From Octopus sinensis (Eukaryota), in assembly GCF_006345805.1 (NCBI RefSeq), contig NC_043002.1, positions 46,128,001-46,192,000 on the forward strand: 64,000 nt of DNA. Reading direction: 5' to 3'. This document shows positions 1 through 8,460 of this stretch, one piece after another; position 1 is the stretch's first letter; each line of letters starts with the position of its first letter. The position numbers and the translations under genes are program-made. Under the pieces are notes generated by a model. The model ran no database searches. It saw only the letters and a program-made list of their open reading frames with translations, and was not told where the DNA came from.

Positions 1-1221
1 TGTGGCATGTTTCTTGTATATTGTTTTAGATTTATAGCTGCACCTTGTTATTCTGACAGAATGCCCAAACTGTCTTTGGCAGTTTCTTTATGAATTTTAC
101 ATCTACTTGCTGTAGTAGGTTTACATAACCTAATTCTTGGGTTTATGATTATTTCTCTCTCTTTCACAATTCCTCTCTGTAATTTTTCAGACACTACTTA
201 ATGCCGTATTTTATGTCTGCATCAAGTGGTCTATGTATTTATTTGTCTGCCCCTATGGGGCAAAACATAGTGAACAGTACTTCTCTGAAGTTTTCCCTCA
301 TGGAATTTGCCTGTGGGCTTTGTTGCATCTATTCATGCAGCATGCAAATTTGTTGCTACATGGTATCTCAAGCTTTGAGGATATATGAAATCTAGATGTA
401 AAAGGTTCCTTTCTACTTCTTTCTCAGAGAATTGAATTTGTGATTTACTCAAACAGGATAGATACAGTAAATTCAGGCCAGAGTAGGGATCCATATACAA
501 TGAGATATTTAATATCAAACTTGATTCTGTTGAGGAGGATATTGATGGTCTCATGGATTTTCATAGCCATGTCAAAGAAATTGATTATGACAAGGTCATC
601 ACTCATGTACTGTGTGGTATTCTTGCACCTTAGTAATTTAACAATTTATTGTTCTCTGGCTGACAAGCTGGTGAGGAAATGGTTGGAACTCATGTATCAC
701 GTGTATGATTCTTAAAATGATTTGGTAAAGTTTCCCAATCTTTATGGTTTTGCAACAGCTTTTCTGTTGAAACATTGTGGTTCTTTATTTTTCTTATTTT
801 GTTATTATTATATTTTATGATGGTGTAAGAACTCCAAGAATTTATAAGAATCTGTAGATATTTTAGGAATTACACAGTTAGATCATACAGTTTACACCCC
901 TTTAACAAACAGATTTGTCAGCAGATGCTTACCCATTTATCCATATGTTCACAACAGGTTTTGAAACAGGAATACCTTGCCTGTGCTGTATTTCTACACA
1001 GACTAATATGCCAAATAAAAATAAACCTCATATCTTAACCAGACACACAGATGACATGAAACTTTGCATTGTAGAGGCACCCACAAGAACCTTGGACCTC
1101 TGAACTACAGAGGCAACATAAACCCACCCTAAACTGCAGGGGAGAATTGAGCATGTGAAAGTACATGTTTAGTACCAGTTGACAGTAAAGATATCTTGAA
1201 AGTAAATAGACGCCATCATTT

Positions 1222-1619
1222 TTGAAAGATTTATTTCTCCTTTCTTGTTTGGATATTTGCTGGTTGATGGAGAGATTTCAACTTAGCTGTTCTATTATAA
1301 TAGTAGCCAAGTTGAAGGAGATACCTCACAGAAGTAATGCAAAACTTATTTGGAGTTGCTCTGCAACATCATTTGCTTTTCAACAGAAATTTATTTCAAC
1401 AATCCACTTGATAGCCCAAAGACACATGTCAGAGAACTCAGGTCAACTTGAGTGGAATATTATCGATTCCATTCCTTTGCTGGCAAATTGTACAATCATT
1501 CTGTTGACTGTCGAAAGAGGAATCCCAAAGTTTTGTGCAATCTTACACTGGCTAAGTCCACCCTCAGATTGACCCAAAATACGCACTCATTGCAGATCAG
1601 ACAACTCTTTTGCTTCTGG
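1222..1619 (-). mobile_element. Decayed Tc1/mariner transposase fragment (N-terminal paired-like HTH region)
   Basis: The minus strand reads [44 protein letters not shown]...KANDVAEQ, then after a frameshift VRYLLQLGYYYNRTAKLKSLHQPANIQTRK. This matches the Tc1 pattern (KELS..R..I..G.S.RKIA..L.IP.STV..I; RYL..LGY..R.A..KP.L...N...R). It has stops and a frameshift, and I could not recognise a DDE domain downstream. Confidence 0.75.
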
Positions 1620-2018
1620 TTTTTGCTGCTTGGTTAGTTACTATAAACAGTTAGTATACTGTATTCTGAAATGAAAAATAATAATACATTAATAAGTTTG
1701 GAGCACCAGGTAGTGTCTGCACAGATAAAATCATATGACAAGGGGTGCATATTATCTTTTGGGATGTTGTAATATTACCACGTGTCCAACCTTCAATTTA
1801 TCAATTTATCAATAAAGAAAAAGCAAAAATTAAATTGTCTCTTGGTTGAACAATAAATCTTAAACCACACCAAGGCTTCCAATCAATGACTATGTGTAAT
1901 GTTAATTGATTTCTTTTGTTGTGTTGTCTTGTTATGTTATTTCCTGTCAATCACGCGTAACTGCACCTACATACTGTCTAGTGTAAGCATGTTGCACAGA
2001 ATACAGCTAGGCATCAGA

Positions 2019-2043
2019 TGTGTGTGTGTGTGTGTGTGTGTGT
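2019..2043. repeat. (TG)n microsatellite
   Basis: Directly visible. Confidence 0.95.
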
Positions 2044-2129
2044 TTATGCTTACATTGTTTAAAAACTGATGACACTTATGTTCATGGCTTAGTGGTTCAA
2101 AGGACAGAACTCAGTTGAATACCTGACTG

Positions 2130-2228
2130 TAATAAGTATCAGAGTTGCTATGATCAACAAAACCCTTGAAGGCAGTGACTCTTGCATGGCTATATTCAAT
2201 AACTAAAACCAGTAAAATGATTAAAGAA
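2130..2228 (+). mobile_element. Degraded SINE 3' tail fragment
   Basis: aaggcagtgactcttgcatggctatattcaataactaaaaccagtaaaatga resembles the 3' end of the SINE at 6487-6869 (aaagcagtgctccagcatggccacaatcaagtgactgaaatgtataaaaga). Confidence 0.4.
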
Positions 2229-2346
2229 TACTTGCTGTGCTATGAGTCGAACATTGCTACAGTTATGATTGTTTTGGACAGAACACTTTATTCTACATTA
2301 TTTCGGCACAATTAGCTTTCATTGAACTTACAAGGGATCACACATT

Positions 2347-2855
2347 ATCATCATCATTAAAATGATGATGATAATGTGTGATCCACTTTTCCAAGCTTGT
2401 ATAGGTCAGACAGAATTTGTTGTGGCAAATTTTTATGGCCAGTTACCCTTCTTGTCGCTGGCCCTCAACTGTTTCCAAGCAAGGTAATATTTCCCCAAAA
2501 CAATATTTTCACAGAAGACTGACATAAATGGCACTACTTGTAGGACAGTGACACTTGTTTACAGCTGTTGCCCAACTGTCAAGACACAAGACATACAACC
2601 ATTTATGCATGCATACATATATACATAAATACATATATTACATGTGTGTGTGTGTATGTGTGCTCATGCATGTATGTGCATGGAAATAAATGACAGGTTT
2701 CTTTCAGTTTCCATCTAACAAGTCCCCTCACAAAGCTTTAGTTGGCATAGAGCTATAGTAGAAGATACTTGCCCAAGGTGCTACACAGCAGGATTGAACC
2801 CCAACGCATATAGTTGGGAAGCAAACTTCATCGCCATATAGCCATTCCTGCACCT
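2347..2855 (-). mobile_element. Near full-length tRNA-derived SINE
   Basis: Reverse strand: tRNA-like head (ggtgcaggaatggctatatgg...ggggttcaatcc, B-box-like), core gcaccttgggcaagtatcttctactatagc shared with the copies at 5611-5750 and 6487-6869, internal CA/TA tract, (ATG)n tail. Confidence 0.8.
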
Positions 2856-2878
2856 ATATATATGTTGTTAATATTGTA

Positions 2879-3112
2879 AGTAACCCCTCAACTATAGTGG
2901 GTGATATGTTCCAAAACCCCACCGTGATAGGAGAAAATCCATGAAGTAGATACAGTACTGTACTGTATATTTTAAAAAATATTTTTATTATTTGTATATA
3001 TTTATTTTATTATAAATGCAAAACAATACCACAGAGGAATCAACATAAGCTTAAATAATAAACTGTGATAGATGAACTGCAATAGGTAAACTGTGATATT
3101 GTGATATTACTG
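2879..3112. mobile_element. Decayed Tigger/pogo-like non-autonomous TIR element (MITE)
   Basis: Left end agtaacccctcaactatagtgggtgatatgttccaaaacccc is Tigger/MER2-like. Right end has three aactg(t/c)(g/a)ata subterminal repeats and ends ...attactg followed by TA; TA also precedes the left end. TIR identity is low, consistent with CpG decay. Confidence 0.5.
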
Positions 3113-3878
3113 TATTCTGAGAGAAGAGAGGAAAAAGGGAGCAAGGAGAGAATACTCTTAGTTTGTTTCAAAACTAACATAATCTTTTACAAATCCCAAA
3201 TCATGAACATTTATTTTACAATTTCAATTATTTTGGTAACTGCAAGAAACAATGTCATTTTTCAGATAGTGCTTATTATTCTCACTCACAGATATTCATT
3301 TCTACTCTAGAAAAGTTATATTGTCTAAATCAGCTATTAACATACATTTTTAATTGTTATTATGAGTTAGCCATTTCGTCAGTACACAAATAAATAACCA
3401 TTACCATTACACAATTAATAATACAGGTTTGTTTTTCAAATGAAAGCATTATGACTAAAAAAAAATATTATTATACATGGGTTTTGGCATTGCATTGTTT
3501 TTGGGCAAAAACACTCATCTCTACTTGCCTCATGTAACCTTATTAGGGAAGTGCATTAAGAGAACAATAAATAAACTCAAGATCTATAATAGAGTGTACA
3601 GCATGAAATAATATGTTTATATTTAAGCATTAACTATAAAAAACAATTTTAAAAGCTGTTGTGAAATTTTGAATTGATGATAAGGAGATTTTTATTATTT
3701 GATTAGATCAGTTTAAAAATTAAAATCACATGTTTTTTTAAAAATAAAACTTTAAAATAAAGTAGGGCAGATAATTTATTTCCATTATTGAGTGTAAATG
3801 AAAATGTTATTATATGATATGTCATAGGTTTAAACTTACATAAAAATACAGTAGTGTCTTATTTTTTTTACAAGTCCT

Positions 3879-3886
3879 TATAAATA
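3879..3886 (+). promoter_or_regulatory. Possible TATA box (TATAAATA) ~50 nt upstream of the ATG at 3936
   Basis: Motif and spacing only; weak evidence in such AT-rich DNA. Confidence 0.2.
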
Positions 3887-3935
3887 TTGTTTGCTTTCAT
3901 GTGAAAAGCTTTTCTTTAATACAATCCAAACAACA

Positions 3936-3984
3936 ATGATACTGGAACATGTGGCGATAGGAAAAACCAATCACTCTATAAAAG
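3936..3984 (+). CDS. Probable first coding exon of the giant gene (MILEHVAIGKTNHSIK-G, phase 1)
   Basis: ATG in an A-rich context (caaacaacaATG, A at -3), then 16 codons + 1 nt and a consensus donor AAG|GTGAGT at 3985. The leftover G joins GT at 8461-8462 to give GGT (Gly) in the frame of the giant ORF. It could instead be an internal exon starting after the AG at 3873-3874, since the frame is open from 3855. Confidence 0.6.
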
Positions 3985-4059
3985 GTGAGTTATACTTACT
4001 AATATGTAAAACTTTTATTTTGTGAACCTTATCATTACATTTTTATATTTTGAATGTTT

Positions 4060-4091
4060 CACACACACACATGCATGCACACACACACGCA

Positions 4092-4126
<35 letters not shown>

Positions 4127-4155
4127 CACACACACACACACATACACACACACAC
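4060..4155. repeat. (CA)n compound microsatellite
   Basis: Directly visible. Confidence 0.95.
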
Positions 4156-4285
4156 TGGGTAAAAGATATCACTTTTTCTATGTTTATATTCTACTGTTTT
4201 TTTAAAATTTGTACTCAGCTACACTGAGGAAGGTGATGCACTTTACTTAAGGGGATAATGCAATGCTCCCAGTAAGAGGTGGACC

Positions 4286-4306
4286 CATCATCATCATCAT
4301 CATCAT

Positions 4307-4349
<43 letters not shown>

Positions 4350-4365
4350 TTATATATATATATAC

Positions 4366-4422
<57 letters not shown>

Positions 4423-4437
4423 TTATATATATATATA

Positions 4438-4495
<58 letters not shown>

Positions 4496-4498
4496 ATA

Positions 4499-4535
<37 letters not shown>

Positions 4536-4587
4536 TATGTATATGTATATATATACGTGCACACACAGACATATATATATCCACACA
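4286..4587. repeat. (CAT)n followed by long interrupted (TA)n microsatellite
   Basis: Directly visible; source of the spurious YIYIYI ORFs. Confidence 0.95.
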
Positions 4588-5221
4588 CTCTAACTATTTA
4601 GTCGTACAAATATTCTTAAATTTAATTTCATTTGTCTATTTTATTGAGAGCAAAGATGATTCCTGTCTATATTTCTAAGATGTGTTATTATCAGTGCAAT
4701 GTGCATAGGTAGAACCTTTAACTTAATACTTTCTGTTTCTAGTTACACTGTAGCCCTATGATCAAAAGACATTGCAATCATAGTTACCCCATCCTTTTTG
4801 TTTTATTACAGTGAAGTTAGGATTGCATTGTACAGTCAATGTGTCCTTCCTTTGTTTGTTTAAAATGATAGTGTGTTATTTGGAGAAGATACCTGCTATA
4901 TCTAGCAAGTTGGATGACTATGAAGAGTAGGCATGAGCAACTCTTTTTCAAGAAGTAGGCCACATGATACATAGTTCATCATCATGTAGGCCACACTACA
5001 AATGAAATTCACATAACTTTCTGTTGGTGTGCCATTCTGGCTGCATATTTTGGTTAATTACATCTACCAACATTATGGTAGATCTCTGAACCTCCATAAA
5101 CAGCTGTTGGACATGTAACATCTTACCTCCTTCTCTTTAATTTTCTCTGTTGCTTGTACTTCTATATATTTATACCTAAATATTCATCGTCTGAAAATCT
5201 TCAGTCTTTGCTTTCTCTGTT

Positions 5222-5222
<1 letters not shown>

Positions 5223-5259
<37 letters not shown>

Positions 5260-5350
5260 CACGCACGCACACACACGTACACACACACACATTTATTGAA
5301 TATCGAACCCAAGGTGTTATATTTGATTTGTTTATCTGTATAATCGCTAC

Positions 5351-5436
<86 letters not shown>

Positions 5437-5526
5437 CATATCATCACCATCATCATTTAACATCCGTTTTCCATGCTAGCATGGGTTATACATACACACA
5501 CACACACACACAACACACACACACAC

Positions 5527-5600
<74 letters not shown>

Positions 5601-5605
5601 TATAT
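5223..5605. repeat. Cluster of (CA)n/(TA)n microsatellites
   Basis: Tracts at about 5223-5291, 5351-5440 and 5488-5605. Confidence 0.9.
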
Positions 5606-5750
5606 TTATTGGACTTCCATCCAGCTTCTATCTTTCACTCAAAAGGCATTGGTCAATCCCAAGCTATAATAGAAAAAAAACTTGCTCAAGGTGCTTCACA
5701 GTGACGCTGAATCTCAATTAACATGGTTTTAAAGAAGGTTGCTTAACCAT
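5440..5750 (-). mobile_element. Internally deleted SINE remnant (head 5611-5750, tail 5440-5487)
   Basis: The reverse complement of 5611-5750 contains cactgtgaagcaccttgagcaagt...ctattatagc...gaccaatgcc, as in the other SINE heads. 5440-5487 is 44/48 identical to the reverse complement of the tail at 6258-6305. Confidence 0.65.
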
Positions 5751-5770
5751 CTCTATATATGTGTGTGTAT

Positions 5771-6313
5771 AAGACATGTTGGGGCAAGCGAAATCGAAAT
5801 CGAATTGAACCAGCCAGGATCCCTGGTCTGGTGGTACGTAAAAAGCACTATCCGACTCGTGGCCGTGGCACGTAAAATACTCCAATGCGACCGTACGACA
5901 GGCACCCATGCCAACCCCCTTTGCTTGTGAAGACATGTTGGGGCAAGCGAAATCGAAATCGAATTGAACCAGCCAGGATCCCTGGTCTGGTGGTACGTAA
6001 AAAGCACTATCCGACTCGTGGCCGATGCCAGCACCGCCTCGACTGGCTTCCGTGCCGGTGGCACATAAAATACACCAATCCGACCGTGGCCGTTGCCAGC
6101 CTCGCCTGGCACCTGTGCAGGTGGCACGTAAAAAGCACCCACTACACTCACGGATTGGTTGGCGTTAGGAAGGGCATCCAGCTGTAGAAACATTGCCAGA
6201 TAAAACTGGAGCCTGGTGCAGCCTTCTGGCTTCCCAGAACCCCGGTTGAACCGTCCAACCCATGCTAGCATGGAGAACGGACGTTAAACGATGATGATGA
6301 TGATGATGATGAT
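5771..6313 (+). mobile_element. Young, CpG-rich, 5'-truncated SINE-type 3' segment with (GAT)n tail and internal duplication
   Basis: GC-rich island with intact CpGs, ending catgctagcatggagaacggacgttaaacga(tga)n. Contains a perfect 95-bp direct repeat (5771-5865 and 5930-6024). Confidence 0.75.
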
Positions 6314-6486
6314 TCTAAATTTTAGCCAGTCTGATGATAGCTTAACAGGCCAAAATTTCGAAGGCACTGTCAACAATATTCTTGTTTAAGAATAAACTTG
6401 TATTCCACAAAAGTATAGACTAACCCCTCAGATTAGTCTAAAATTGTTTTTATTATAACCAAACATAAAAACAAACATTAAAGATA

Positions 6487-6869
6487 TGCTTCCCAACCAT
6501 ATGGTTCCAGGTTCAGTTCCACTGCATGGCACCTTGGGCAAGTGTCTCCTACTATAGCCTCAAGCCAACCAAAGCTTTGTGAGTGGATTTGGTAGATGGA
6601 AACTGAAAGAAGCCTGTCATGCATATATATGTATATATATTCATGTGTGTGTGTAGGTCTTTGTGTCTGTGTTTGTCCCCCCACGATCGCTTGACAACTG
6701 ATGTTGGTGTGTTTATGTCACTGAAACTTAGCAGTTTAGCAAAAGAAACTGATAGAATAAGCACTAGACTTACACAGCATAAGTCCTGGTGTTGGTTTGT
6801 TCGACTAAAAGCAGTGCTCCAGCATGGCCACAATCAAGTGACTGAAATGTATAAAAGAGTAAAAGAGTA
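6487..6869 (+). mobile_element. tRNA-derived SINE, slightly 5'-truncated
   Basis: B-box-like ggttcagttcc, core gcaccttgggcaagtgtctcctactatagcc, central TA/TG tract, tail ending (aaaagagt)x2. Confidence 0.8.
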
Positions 6870-7549
6870 TATGCTGAGTAAAAAATAACAATTTTCTGAG
6901 AGAATGTACCAGTCTTTGAGGTAGACCTTAGAAGATTTGAGAACAAGGTTTCATCAAAGAAATAGATTAGGGTTCAAATACAGCATGTAGCAGTTTTAAA
7001 ATGTCATCATAAATATGCTGCTGCTGATAATTCTCCTTTGATTATACTTGAGTGCCATATTTTAACACAGAGATAGTATTTTGCTTATAGAGGCTTGAGA
7101 ATTCAATCCTTCTTGAAGGACTCTGAGGACTCAACTACACTAAAAATTGTGGTATTAAGAGAATATATTCATATTGTGTAAATTTCTTTTTATAGTAAAA
7201 GATAAAGATTACAAAATATTAGGCTAATAGTTTGATCAATGTTTACTATTCAGTACTAAGTATTTGGCATGTTGTTGGCAAAATTATTAAAAAATAATTT
7301 GTTTCAAATTAATTTCCAAGTTAGCATGGATACTGAAATATCTATATTTGGATATATTTTAGACTAAGTGTTTTATAGTTAGTTTATTCATCAGTTCATC
7401 AACCATTCAGTCAGGTGATAATATTTTTCTAGCAAGTGAAGTAATGAAGTAGTGAAGTAGTTGACATTTTAATCACATCCAAAATGCCTCTCAAACTAAC
7501 TCTTATGAAATTATTAAACCAATAAATGAATGAAGCATGTTAAAGAATA

Positions 7550-7754
7550 CTGTATTTTCCAGTATATAAGTTGACATAGCATATAGTGCAAATATGGTGT
7601 AAACATTCAAACATCATCACTATCTTTTCAAGTCCTGCTGCATTTCTCATGGAATTGTTGGTCCTCCAAAGTCACCTTGGTGTATAAGTTAGCTTACCTT
7701 TTTTGGCTGTAAAGTTTGATTGGAAAAATTTAACTTGTATGCTGGAAAATACGA
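7550..7754. mobile_element. 205-bp MITE (Tc1/pogo-type) with ~22-bp TIRs and TA target-site duplication
   Basis: Left TA|ctgtattttccagtatataagt; right end reverse-complemented TA|tcgtattttccagcatacaagt. TA at 7548-7549 and 7755-7756. Confidence 0.7.
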
Positions 7755-8460
7755 TATATTTACAAACTTTAGATTGGTTATATACATCTGAATTTATGTT
7801 CTACCAATGAAATTAGAATAATCATGGAATTAAAAATTTGTAATTGTGATATTTTATGTCATCTTCAGATGTATGTTTCTGTTTTCTTAAAATAATATAT
7901 TTTTGTTATTAGAATTGATACTTTTGAGGTTGTTATCTTTCCTTTTATTTTCTCTCTTAATATAAATGTCCTTATATGTTTACCATAACTGCTTTGTAAA
8001 TTGAGTATGGGTTAAGATATATCAATGCTTTTAGAAAAGACAAAAATGTTATAATTTCTATTTATTCTTCTAAATATTTGAAGTTTCAGGTCTAGCTGGA
8101 AGAAGCAACGAGAATCAATTTTAGTGTAACTGTAATTGTATAGTATGACATTGTTATGACCTGTTAAACTCAGACAACGATTTTAGTAAAAAATATCTTA
8201 GTATGCATTATCTATAATTGCTTATAGTTACAACATTCTTTCACATATATTGTTATCATCAAAAAATTATATTTAATTATTGTAGATATTAACTGGAAAT
8301 AGCATCGTTTGAAATAATGTTATACGTAATATATATTATTAGGAAAGACAGCAAAAAGGCTCAAAAGCTTGATTTTAATAACTGTAGTTCCAAAGATTAT
8401 TAAAAAAATGATTTTTTAGTTTTAATGAGATCATAATGGATATTTTTATTTCTTTTTCAG

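Larger units (their letters stand above)
3985..8460 (+). other. Predicted GT-AG phase-1 intron (4,476 nt)
   Basis: GTGAGT donor, polypyrimidine tract + CAG acceptor, phase compatible; interior consists of microsatellites, SINEs and AT-rich sequence. Confidence 0.55.

Noticed and set aside
1-700. Possible decayed LINE/RTE reverse-transcriptase tail on the minus strand (IKYLIVYGSLLW, RGRQ..YIDHL)
   Set aside because: Only short, scattered resemblances across frames with many stops; not supportable without a search.
1222-1637. + strand ORFs of 116 and 61 aa
   Set aside because: Antisense to the decayed Tc1 transposase; no independent support.
4263-5721. ORFs reading YIYIYI, HTHTHT or VCVCVC
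   Set aside because: Translations of (TA)n and (CA)n microsatellites.
5718-6271. ORFs of 63-172 aa over the GC-rich island
   Set aside because: They lie inside a retroposon segment and reflect its higher GC content and internal duplication.
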